A DNA stretch of 64,000 nucleotides, taken from the IMG/VR virus record IMGVR_UViG_3300028888_000052; one strand, 5' to 3'. This DNA comes from a virus. Lineage: Duplodnaviria > Caudoviricetes. The notes below the pieces were generated by a model that was given only the letters and a program-made list of their open reading frames with translations, had not been told where the DNA came from and made no database searches. Of this stretch, positions 1 to 9,289 are shown in pieces (position 1 is the first letter of the stretch; each line of letters opens with the position of its first letter). The position numbers and the translations under genes are program-made.

Positions 1-3000
1 TGAATCATATCTTGGTGTTGTACCAGGATGGTCATGTTTAGAATCTAAATCACCTAACAACTTATCCCATACATTAGCAAACTTAGAATAGTGATTGGTA
101 AGATTCTTAGTACTATCATATCTTGGTGTTGTACCCGGATGGTCATGTTGACTATCTAAATCACCTAACAACTTGTCCCATACATTAGCAAACTTAGAAT
201 AGTGATTAGTAAGATTCTTAGTACTATCATATCTTGGTGTTGTACCAGGATGGTCATGTTGGCTATCTAAGTCACCTAATAATTTATCCCATACATCAGC
301 GAACTTAGAATAGTGGTTAGTAAGATTCTTAGTACTATCATATCTAGGTGTAGTACCAGGATGGTCATGCTTAGAATCTAAATCACCTAACAACTTATCC
401 CATACATCAGCAAACTTAGAATAGTGATTGGTAAGATTCTTAGTACTATCATATCTTGGTGTAGTACCAGGATGGTCATGCTTAGAATCTAAATCACCTA
501 ACAACTTATCCCATACATTAGCAAACTTAGAATAGTGGTTAGTAAGATTCTTAGTGCTATCATATCTAGGTGTTGTACCAGGATGGTCATGTTGGCTATC
601 TAAGTCACCTAATAACTTATCCCATACATCAGCAAACTTAGAATAGTGATTGGTAAGATTCTTAGTACTATCATATCTTGGTGTTGTACCAGGATGGTCA
701 TGCTTAGAATCTAAATCACCTAACAACTTATCCCATACATTAGCAAACTTAGAATAGTGGTTAGTAAGATTCTTAGTACTATCATATCTAGGTGTTGTAC
801 CAGGATGGTCATGCTTAGAATCTAAATCACCTAACAATTTGTCCCATACATCGGCAAATTTAGAATAGTGGTTAGTAAGATTATTATTTGAATTATAACT
901 TTCTGTAGTTCCTTCATGTCCATGTTGACTGTTAAGATCATTAAGTAATTTATCCCAAGTATCAGAGAATTTAGAATAATGATTAGTTAAATTATCTTTC
1001 GAATTATAACTTTCTGTAGTTCCTCCATGACTATGTTCACTATTTAAATCTTTTAATGTTTTATCCCATACATCAGCAAATTGTGAATAATGAACTGTCA
1101 AATTCTCAGAAGAATTATATGATGGTGTTGTTCTTTTATGATCATGTTCACTATTTAAATCTTTTAATATTTTATCCCAAACATCTGCAAATTGTGAATA
1201 ATGAACTGTTAAATTCTCTGTTGGATCATAAACATCTGTTGTATTATTATGATCATGACCAGAAGTAAATTGTTTTTGTTTAAATATCCAATAATCAGCT
1301 AAATTCATCTTTTTATTTTCTAATGAATTATTACCAAAATTGAATTGTTCGGTCATTTCATATATAGATGAACCTTTTCTAAATGTTCTATATGGATATG
1401 GTTCTCCATTTTCTGTTTTAGGTTGTCTTGTATCTTTATGTTCAAATATAGTTGAAACATAATCTTTTAATCCTTGAACCATATCAGCTGTATATTTTGA
1501 ATAATTAACTGTTAAATTTTCATCTCCTTTATATGGTTCTGATGTATTTGTATGATCATGTTTAGAATTAAGATTATCAAATGATGTAGACCATTTATCT
1601 TTATTCTGACTATATTTATTAGTTAAATTATTTTTTGAATCATAAGGTAATGTTGTATCTTTATGTTCAAATTTGCTTGTTAATCTATTAACACTTTCTT
1701 TCCATTTATCACTATTTCCTGGTATATAATCTTCATTACCAGTTAAATATCCTAATGTTGTTAAATTACTCCAAGTATTACCAAGTAATTTACCCATTAT
1801 TTTATTAGCAAACTTAGATACATTATTAGTAGCATATTCTGCTAACATTCCACCAAAATGTTTAGCAACACCTTCAATATTTGTTAAATCATCTGGCATC
1901 ATTATTTGAATACGATTATCAATATTATAACCAAGACTACCGGCATATTGTGAATTTACTTGGTTATCATAATCATAAATAATACCATCTGAACCAAATA
2001 GCATTCTTTCAAATTCATTACTTGTATGTTGGTAACATTGGTCATATTTAATCTTAATATTTCCTTTACCTAAATTAAATGGGTTTTCATTATTAATATC
2101 ACCAGGAACTTGCGATGATATTGATTCTCTATCTATTTCACAACCAATAAATTCAAATAATTTAAATGAGAAATTATTACCAAATTGTTCTGGTGTAGAT
2201 TTTTCAGCATTCTTCTTAAATAATTTATTAACTTGGTTGTCAATTAATGATGATAATTTATCTTTACCTGCAGAAGATTTATCAGTATGTGCAAAAGGTA
2301 CAGATTGTGATAAGTTCATAACTGGCATATGTAATTCCTTAATAGGACTTGGGAATACCATTATCAACATATCAAATTTACGAAGATTTTCTGGTATAAC
2401 TTCATAATGATACATATCATCATAACATGCAAATTTATACCAATCCATCATTGTGGATAATCTCATATCTATAGAATCAACATTACATTCTATATCTATA
2501 GTTTTTTCTTTTGTAAAATCATCTATAATTGGTATACCAGCTTTATCTAATCCTTTAACTGACTTAAAAAACCAAGGTGCATTTGTACTAATATAACTTA
2601 ATGTTCTGGTAAATCTTACTAAAGCATTTATTCTTTCACCAGCCATAATAGAAGTATTCCAATTATTGTTAATTCCTTGAAGATACTTAATAGCACTATT
2701 ATGTGCATAAATCATATTATTTTCAGTAGTTGGTGCTTGTCCTTCTCCACTACTATTACCTAAAAATGAATCAAGTGCTTGTTTACCAGTATTAAGTAAT
2801 TTCTTACCTGTATCTTTTAATTTATTGAATACATTTTTAGATTTTTTATCAGTTTTAGTTGGAGTAGAACTTTGGGATTGTGAACTTATAGGAGACAACC
2901 CATTTAAAATACCACCAAATAATCCATAGTTAGTATCAAACTTAAAAAATATTTTATAATAGAAATACCCAGGTTCTCCAAAGAAATTATATAAATTTCT

Positions 3001-3366
3001 TTGCCACATATATTTTTCATTAAGCCATACATCATATCCAAAATTAGGAACAGATGTTTGATAATGCAATTCTTGAGGAGAATCTTCTAATGCTTCTTCT
3101 GGTAATGAGTCTATACCCCATTTAAAAGTAGCGGCATTAGCCCGAATCATATTATCTTGATATCTCCATATACTAGGTACCCAATCTTTAATTTTTCCAA
3201 CTTGTTTCGAATAATTATCTGTAAAAGTATTTGCTGTTCCTGAAGTAAATTGATTATAAACATTAAAAAGGTCTGTGGCAAGATTACCTGATCCGCCATT
3301 ACCCATTCCTACAAATGATTTTGCAGAACCTACAACAGATGAACCTATAGAGTTTAAAAATCCCAT
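1..3366 (-). CDS. Large virion structural protein (>1120 aa, 3' end outside the window) with C-terminal 37-aa His-x-His tandem repeats; N-terminal part possibly related to tail-tube/baseplate initiators
   Basis: Absent from the ORF track because it has no stop in the window. ATG at 3366 (MGFLNSIGSSVVGSAKSF...) is in frame with the repeat translation at positions 1-900. Segments read by hand had no stop. Lies downstream of baseplate genes. Confidence 0.8.
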   Translation of the reverse strand, partial: MGFLNSIGSSVVGSAKSFVGMGNGGSGNLATDLFNVYNQFTSGTANTFTDNYSKQVGKIKDWVPSIWRYQDNMIRANAATFKWGIDSLPEEALEDSPQELHYQTSVPNFGYDVWLNEKYMWQRNLYNFFGEPGYFYYKIFFKFDTNYGLFGGILNGLSPISSQSQSSTPTKTDKKSKNVFNKLKDTGKKLLNTGKQALDSFLGNSSGEGQAPTTENNMIYAHNSAIKYLQGINNNWNTSIMAGERINALVRFTRTLSYISTNAPWFFKSVKGLDKAGIPIIDDFTKEKTIDIECNVDSIDMRLSTMMDWYKFACYDDMYHYEVIPENLRKFDMLIMVFPSPIKELHMPVMNLSQSVPFAHTDKSSAGKDKLSSLIDNQVNKLFKKNAEKSTPEQFGNNFSFKLFEFIGCEIDRESISSQVPGDINNENPFNLGKGNIKIKYDQCYQHTSNEFERMLFGSDGIIYDYDNQVNSQYAGSLGYNIDNRIQIMMPDDLTNIEGVAKHFGGMLAEYATNNVSKFANKIMGKLLGNTWSNLTTLGYLTGNEDYIPGNSDKWKESVNRLTSKFEHKDTTLPYDSKNNLTNKYSQNKDKWSTSFDNLNSKHDHTNTSEPYKGDENLTVNYSKYTADMVQGLKDYVSTIFEHKDTRQPKTENGEPYPYRTFRKGSSIYEMTEQFNFGNNSLENKKMNLADYWIFKQKQFTSGHDHNNTTDVYDPTENLTVHYSQFADVWDKILKDLNSEHDHKRTTPSYNSSENLTVHYSQFADVWDKTLKDLNSEHSHGGTTESYNSKDNLTNHYSKFSDTWDKLLNDLNSQHGHEGTTESYNSNNNLTNHYSKFADVWDKLLGDLDSKHDHPGTTPRYDSTKNLTNHYSKFANVWDKLLGDLDSKHDHPGTTPRYDSTKNLTNHYSKFADVWDKLLGDLDSQHDHPGTTPRYDSTKNLTNHYSKFANVWDKLLGDLDSKHDHPGTTPRYDSTKNLTNHYSKFADVWDKLLGDLDSKHDHPGTTPRYDSTKNLTNHYSKFADVWDKLLGDLDSQHDHPGTTPRYDSTKNLTNHYSKFANVWDKLLGDLDSQHDHPGTTPRYDSTKNLTNHYSKFANVWDKLLGDLDSKHDHPGTTPRYDS
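5..1260 (-). repeat. 111-bp coding tandem repeat (37 aa: STKNLTNHYSKFANVWDKLLGDLDSKHDHPGTTPRYD)
   Basis: Units start at 5, 116, 227, 338, 449, 560, 671 and 782 (near-identical), followed by about 3 more diverged units to about 1260; the array continues past the window edge. Confidence 0.95.
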
Positions 3367-3372
3367 TCGTTA

Positions 3373-4107
3373 TTAAAATTTATTTGATATGAAAGAATTT
3401 TTTGATAATAAATAATTTTCACTAATTTTATTAGTTTCACCATTTAAATAATCAAAATCCAATTCATATTCTTTATCTAATGTTTCTGAATATAATTTAG
3501 CTTTACCTTTAACATAGTTTAAATCAATTATTTCAGAATCTAAAATATTTTCCTGTGACAACTTAATATTTTCTATTTCTTTTTCTTTCTTACGTGGATA
3601 ATAATTCCAATATTTACTTAAATCTACTTCCCATTTCAATGCCGGTGATTGAACAGAAATAAATTTTGTCATTATTAAACATTTTGATGGTTGCCAATAT
3701 TCTTTATTTGGTATTTCTACAATTATAGCATTACCAATAAAATCATCATAACTATTCACATTATAAATAAATTTATCTTGATTTTTATCAATATATATTT
3801 TATCATCTTTATATTTATTTATAAATGATAAATTATGCATATAATGAGCTTTTTTGTTTTGATATTCTTCATCAAACATAGATTCAAAATGCCCATTATT
3901 GTTTTCTAAATATTCTGATAATATATAATTTTCTTCTAATAATTTTTTAACTTTTAACCATTCTTTAATATACTTTGATAATGCTAAATTATATAATTGC
4001 TTATGTACAATGTTATATTTATTAGATATGAAATCACTAAACTTTACAGGTTTAGTGTCATATAACATATCATTATATTTTTTATTTACAAAACTATTAA
4101 TTATCAT
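3373..4107 (-). CDS. Hypothetical protein in baseplate operon
   Basis: 244-aa ORF tightly packed between structural genes. Confidence 0.7.
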   Translation of the reverse strand: MIINSFVNKKYNDMLYDTKPVKFSDFISNKYNIVHKQLYNLALSKYIKEWLKVKKLLEENYILSEYLENNNGHFESMFDEEYQNKKAHYMHNLSFINKYKDDKIYIDKNQDKFIYNVNSYDDFIGNAIIVEIPNKEYWQPSKCLIMTKFISVQSPALKWEVDLSKYWNYYPRKKEKEIENIKLSQENILDSEIIDLNYVKGKAKLYSETLDKEYELDFDYLNGETNKISENYLLSKNSFISNKF

Positions 4108-4110
4108 AAT

Positions 4111-6333
4111 TTAGAAATACTTATTATATAATTGTCGTGATAAACCACCAGTTTGAACTTCATGACTGAATGAAACAACAGGAATTCCTAATTCTGAAGC
4201 TGGTGTTTCGGAAGGACTTGATACAGGTGGATTGTCTAATACACCATATTCTTCAGGTTTAAGTCTTGTTGAATTATAAAGACTATTATATGAAGATTGT
4301 GGTCCTTTCTTAATTAAGAATAAATTTTGAACTAATTTTTCATGGCTAGGATCATATTCAAAAGTCATTGCATCTATATAATATAAACCAGAAAGTGCCA
4401 CATCAAGTACTTCGGCTGATTCTTCTATAGATAGATCTCTCATAGTTTCAAAATCATTTAACTTACCTTTATTTAATGTCTCATCTTGTGTAGGATTATC
4501 TTCATGTCCTGGTGCTACATTTGTACCATCAGTTAATACTTTTGCCTTTTGGGCAGGATTAGTTGTTGATTTGTGTATATTTACTAATGTTCCTCTTTGC
4601 AATCCTAAATTAAGTCTATTCAATACTAATTTATAAGATTTTGAACGTTTCAATTCAAAAAACTTTTGTCTAATTATTTTTTGGTTATTAGTATTATATG
4701 GATCAACTAATATTGTAACTTGTTGTTCAGTATTAGTATTATAATCTGATATCTTAGAACCATCTACTGAATTCTCTTGGGCTTGAATATCTTTTACCAC
4801 CATATCATTCTTTTCTGAATTAGTATCTTGTGTTCCACCTTTTGCTTGATATATTGGATTATTAACAAACATACCGAATGTATGAATATCATTATCCGAT
4901 ATTTGTGTAAAATTATCTTGGTCATATTCCATATTAGCTAAACCATCATTCTTATTTGAACATGTTAATGTTCTATGAACTAATCTAAATTTTGCTTTTG
5001 GTGTCATTTTAGCTTGGCCATCATTACCGACAACGGCATTTATAGCTAAATGGTTAACATCTATATCTTCAGTTAATACCCAAGAGACATTTACCATTGT
5101 GATATATCTATAAAAATCTATCCAAACATCAAATATTGAATCTTCATCTAATCCACTAATTTTAATTTGCCTATCAATAAATTCTTTGAAATTTTCATGT
5201 TGCATTAATCTTGGTAATCTATCTTCAATATCTTTACATTTATCTGTAGTAGCAAATCCTAAACCACTTGCTCTTGATATTTCATGTAAATACTCCCAAG
5301 TATTTGGTTTTATTTGTGGAGCAGGATTACAATTTATTTGCTCATCTGCTACTTCATCATTTGCCCCTTGTTTTTTCTTTACATTAGGACAACCAGGATA
5401 TTTAATTTGACAATTTCTTTTTTCTTCAAATGATTGTACCCATAAATGTCCTGTAAATGTATATGAATCACCACGGGTAAAATCACAATTATCTATATAA
5501 AATTCAAGAGATATATTCTTATATGTTCCTTCAACTTCAGGAACGATAATTACTCGAATATGGTTATTTATACCAGGACTATTTGAAAATTTAATAGTAC
5601 CATCTTGATCATCTCTTACCTTTAAATATAATGTAGGAAAGAAACTATCATAATATATAACTAATTTTTGAATTTGTTGTGCTTGTAATACAGTTGTATT
5701 TAATAAAACCAAAGGAAAATCACGACCTTCGATTCTATTTATTTCTACATCCTCTCTTGCACCAGCAATATCTCCTTCTTCATTACCATTTCCTTCTGCA
5801 TCAGATGGTTGATATTTAGTTACTATTGCCGGTGCTTGAATAGTTGGGTCATGATAAACAACTGGGTCAGTATAATTTAATGGTGGAACTAATGGATGAC
5901 TTTCTGAAGTATTTTCTGATGATTCTCCATCATCTTTAGTACTATCTTGAGAATCATTTTGTTGGGCATCATCAGTTTGATTATCTGTAGGAGTTTCTTC
6001 TTCATCAGATTCATCATCAAATTCTTTTGGTTCTTCTTGAGGAGTATTTTCACCTTCAATTAAACCTTGACTTTTCCATTTTTCTTGTTCTTCTGCTTCT
6101 AGTTTAGCAGCTTCTTCCGGATTTTCTTTTTTCCATTGTTGATATTCATCACTCTCCCAATATTCTTCAGTAATCTTTTTTCCTTCTAAATCATAAGCCT
6201 TTTGTGCTTCATCTTTATTATAAAATATCTCTGATTCACCATTACTGTAAGTTACTTTCCATCCTCCACCATCATATGTTCCATTACCATAGATGGAATT
6301 TATATAATGTTCTTTAGGTACCCATTGAGCCAT
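4111..6333 (-). CDS. Putative baseplate hub protein (T4 gp27/late-control-D-like) with acidic N-terminal extension
   Basis: C-terminal LGLQRGTLVNI...LSGLYYIDAMTFEY pattern typical of hub proteins; adjacent to a gp53-like gene. Confidence 0.6.
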   Translation of the reverse strand: MAQWVPKEHYINSIYGNGTYDGGGWKVTYSNGESEIFYNKDEAQKAYDLEGKKITEEYWESDEYQQWKKENPEEAAKLEAEEQEKWKSQGLIEGENTPQEEPKEFDDESDEEETPTDNQTDDAQQNDSQDSTKDDGESSENTSESHPLVPPLNYTDPVVYHDPTIQAPAIVTKYQPSDAEGNGNEEGDIAGAREDVEINRIEGRDFPLVLLNTTVLQAQQIQKLVIYYDSFFPTLYLKVRDDQDGTIKFSNSPGINNHIRVIIVPEVEGTYKNISLEFYIDNCDFTRGDSYTFTGHLWVQSFEEKRNCQIKYPGCPNVKKKQGANDEVADEQINCNPAPQIKPNTWEYLHEISRASGLGFATTDKCKDIEDRLPRLMQHENFKEFIDRQIKISGLDEDSIFDVWIDFYRYITMVNVSWVLTEDIDVNHLAINAVVGNDGQAKMTPKAKFRLVHRTLTCSNKNDGLANMEYDQDNFTQISDNDIHTFGMFVNNPIYQAKGGTQDTNSEKNDMVVKDIQAQENSVDGSKISDYNTNTEQQVTILVDPYNTNNQKIIRQKFFELKRSKSYKLVLNRLNLGLQRGTLVNIHKSTTNPAQKAKVLTDGTNVAPGHEDNPTQDETLNKGKLNDFETMRDLSIEESAEVLDVALSGLYYIDAMTFEYDPSHEKLVQNLFLIKKGPQSSYNSLYNSTRLKPEEYGVLDNPPVSSPSETPASELGIPVVSFSHEVQTGGLSRQLYNKYF

Positions 6334-6345
6334 AATATATTATCT

Positions 6346-6804
6346 TTAATAAAAAACTAATCCCATTGATTTATTTATCACGAAATTATCTTCTCCTTCA
6401 ATAAGTTCATTAGAGCCACGGATTTCGTCAAATTTCTTTTTATTATTAGTTTTTGTATTTTTCTTTATTTCATCATCTTCTGATTCTATTAATTCAGAAG
6501 TATTGCCAGTATATTTAACACAATTAGCTATATAATCAATATGTGGTAAAAACAATATATCATCTTCATTTAATTCAAATGGGTTAGATATACCATTTAC
6601 TTTACATATTATATCTGCATAAGAATCTGTTTGATATACAGCTAAAGATATCAAATCTGGTCTTGCTACATAATATTTATTCACAATTATGAAGTCACCA
6701 TTTACTCCTTTAACAGGTGTGAAATTATTACCCATTAAATCAAGAAATGTTATTCCATTCCTTTTAATAATTGGTTTATAATTGATTATTTTATAATTTA
6801 ACAT
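6346..6804 (-). CDS. Baseplate wedge protein, T4 gp53/LysM-like
   Basis: RPDLISLAVY...ADIICKVNGISNPFEL..DDILFLP motif. Confidence 0.8.
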   Translation of the reverse strand: MLNYKIINYKPIIKRNGITFLDLMGNNFTPVKGVNGDFIIVNKYYVARPDLISLAVYQTDSYADIICKVNGISNPFELNEDDILFLPHIDYIANCVKYTGNTSELIESEDDEIKKNTKTNNKKKFDEIRGSNELIEGEDNFVINKSMGLVFY

Positions 6805-6805
6805 A

Positions 6806-7249
6806 TTAATCTAAATTAGACATATTTTCGGCGGCTACATTAGCTAAATTAGCAATAGCTTCTTCTAAATCTGAAAATTCTTGTTTAACTACTGATGATC
6901 TAATTGGTAAATTAGAATCTGATAATGTTGTAGCTACTTTACCAGCATCAAGTAAAGCTTCTAATAATTCTGGTGTAGTATTAATGGTATATGTATTTCC
7001 ATTAAAAGTTAATTCTGCACCTGACCAGTTCAAGAATAAAGCTGGTGTAGTTAATTTATCTGCTAAATTTTGACTAGTAGTATTAACTTTAATAACATTA
7101 GTGGTTTTAACTTTATTAGTTGTACCATCAATTAAATTAGCATTACTATATACTTGAGTTGTACCAATACTATATCCATCTTTATTAGCTAAATTATCAA
7201 AATTAGTAAAATTAATAGATGTATTTTTTGCTTGAATTGTTTGTGCCAT
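6806..7249 (-). CDS. Small structural protein sharing an N-terminal anchor-like motif with the two upstream fibre proteins
   Basis: LNWSGA...INTTPELLEAL motif. Confidence 0.65.
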   Translation of the reverse strand: MAQTIQAKNTSINFTNFDNLANKDGYSIGTTQVYSNANLIDGTTNKVKTTNVIKVNTTSQNLADKLTTPALFLNWSGAELTFNGNTYTINTTPELLEALLDAGKVATTLSDSNLPIRSSVVKQEFSDLEEAIANLANVAAENMSNLD

Positions 7250-7279
7250 AAAGATATTATTGTTTTTTTAAAAATAAAA

Positions 7280-7310
7280 AATACCGATATTTTTCTTAAA
7301 TACCGGTATT
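7280..7310 (-). terminator. Probable intrinsic terminator
   Basis: aataccgatattt/aaataccggtatt imperfect stem with an A-run on the + strand, just after the 7330 gene end. Confidence 0.55.
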
Positions 7311-7329
7311 ATTTTATATTATTTTATTT

Positions 7330-9273
7330 TTATCTAAAATATGCGGTAATTGCAGAATCTGCCGTATTCATCTTAAATACTGTAAATGGACTGCCACCAA
7401 TAGATACATTATTAGTTATTGTATATTGGGTAGTAGGTACTGGGTTAGTATTAAGTGAATCATACATTGTAGTTACATTCCATGATTGTGGGAATGCAAA
7501 GTACCAAGTATGGTCATTTAAATCTTCATCTTCTAATATAACTTTAGTATTGGTTATTGATGTAGCTGTTGTCCATGTATCCCAAGTTGTCTTAGTTTGT
7601 CCAACAGATGTTAATGTAGCTGGGTTTGTATCACCCTTAAACCATTTATTTGTAGTTGTAGGTGTAGTTTTTGCAGGAACTGTTATTGTACCAGTTGTAT
7701 AAACAGCTGTATTAGAAGCATTAGTATTTGTTAATTGGATAGTACCAGCAGCAACGGTTGCAGCAGTTGTATTTGTATTAATAAGTGTAATTGATTGACC
7801 TGTTGTAGCACTTAATGATACTCCACTTGGAAGTGATTTACCACTTACAACACTCCATGTATATGTTCCAGCGCTTAATGGTGATGTAGATTTACTATAT
7901 GTTAATTTTACTGATTTAGGAGTAGCACCACTATAAGAAGCTGTTACTGTTGTAGCATATTCATTCTTAGCTATAGCACCTTGTGTGAAGCTACCATTTA
8001 ATACCCTAGTTCCTTGTGTAGATGTAGAATTAGTAGAACCAATACTAATACTTACAGTACCTTTATTAGCAGTAGGAGTAGTAGTATTATTAGGTGTTAC
8101 TGTTATTGATGCACCTGAAGCAGCACTCTTCTTAAATGTATTTCCAGTTGTACCTTCATTGGTTATACCCCAAGTTGTATTAGATGCTGTACCATTAGTT
8201 ACTGTTGCACTTACTGTTTTAGCATCAGTAATTGTAGTATCTGAACTTGGATTCAAACTAATAACCGGTGTTGTTACTGTTTTTGGTCCATAAATTACTT
8301 CAATAACATGTCCATATTGATCAACTTTAATAGATTCAATATATTGAGCACCATTAGCTGTAGCTGAATAAGTTTTTGTAGCAGAACCTGTAGTATGACC
8401 AGTAGCAGCAGGCATAGTCATTGTTCTATTTGTTACAGTTACTTGACCATTAGCAGCTTGAGATACTTGTGGAACAGTAAATGTACCACCATGTGTTAAA
8501 GTTGCATTAGCACTAGGACCACCAGAAGCGGCTGTCCATGTATGTGTGTGGTTACCAGCAGCAGCTGTATTAGCAGTAGTACCAATAGTAAGTATTGTTG
8601 GTCTATTAGTTAAGTCATTATAACTACCAGATGTAGCTACTGTTGCAAAATTAGGTTTACCACTAAGATTTGACCATGTTGCGGCTGCAGGGATAGTAGG
8701 CATTGTAAAGATTACAGATGAACCACCAGCAGTTAACTTATATTTACCAGCAGAAGCCAAGGTAATAGAAGATATACCAGTATCGGTAGCTAATGATGCT
8801 GTATGAGTGTGGTTACCAGCAGCGGCTGTAGTAGCAGTAGTACCAATAGATGGTGCAAATGTGGATGGTTTACCAGTAAGAGTTGACCAGGTAGGATATT
8901 CTGGTAAATATAATATACTTGTTGTACCTTCAGTTATAGCATAACCACTAACAGTATCATTATGAACAGCATCTTTTACATTAACTTTTGAAGCTCTACT
9001 TGTATTAAATGCTATAATTCTTGCACGAAGAACTGATTCTCTACTTAATGCATTAAGTAATTGACCTGTGGTTTTTAATGGATTTTGATTATCAAAACCA
9101 AAAACACCAGTCACACCATTCCAATCAATTTCGACTGCATTAATAAATGGTTCTACTCCATCAGTTGCTGCATCAGCAAAATCCACATTATTACCATTCC
9201 CATATTTATTAGGTAATTTTTGACCTGGTAATACCGATGTAAATTGTATTCCGTCTTGTTTAAAACTTGCCAT
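7330..9273 (-). CDS. Thr/Ser-rich tail or head fibre protein with Ig-like domains
   Basis: Fibre motifs TWSTLTGKP, ATSGSYNDL and duplicated IGTTAxTAAAGNHTH; beta-rich C-terminal half. Confidence 0.7.
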   Translation of the reverse strand: MASFKQDGIQFTSVLPGQKLPNKYGNGNNVDFADAATDGVEPFINAVEIDWNGVTGVFGFDNQNPLKTTGQLLNALSRESVLRARIIAFNTSRASKVNVKDAVHNDTVSGYAITEGTTSILYLPEYPTWSTLTGKPSTFAPSIGTTATTAAAGNHTHTASLATDTGISSITLASAGKYKLTAGGSSVIFTMPTIPAAATWSNLSGKPNFATVATSGSYNDLTNRPTILTIGTTANTAAAGNHTHTWTAASGGPSANATLTHGGTFTVPQVSQAANGQVTVTNRTMTMPAATGHTTGSATKTYSATANGAQYIESIKVDQYGHVIEVIYGPKTVTTPVISLNPSSDTTITDAKTVSATVTNGTASNTTWGITNEGTTGNTFKKSAASGASITVTPNNTTTPTANKGTVSISIGSTNSTSTQGTRVLNGSFTQGAIAKNEYATTVTASYSGATPKSVKLTYSKSTSPLSAGTYTWSVVSGKSLPSGVSLSATTGQSITLINTNTTAATVAAGTIQLTNTNASNTAVYTTGTITVPAKTTPTTTNKWFKGDTNPATLTSVGQTKTTWDTWTTATSITNTKVILEDEDLNDHTWYFAFPQSWNVTTMYDSLNTNPVPTTQYTITNNVSIGGSPFTVFKMNTADSAITAYFR

Positions 9274-9289
9274 AAAATATTTATTTTAT

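Noticed and set aside
1-900. CRISPR array
   Set aside because: Whole 111-bp units repeat with no unique spacers, and the array is an in-frame coding repeat
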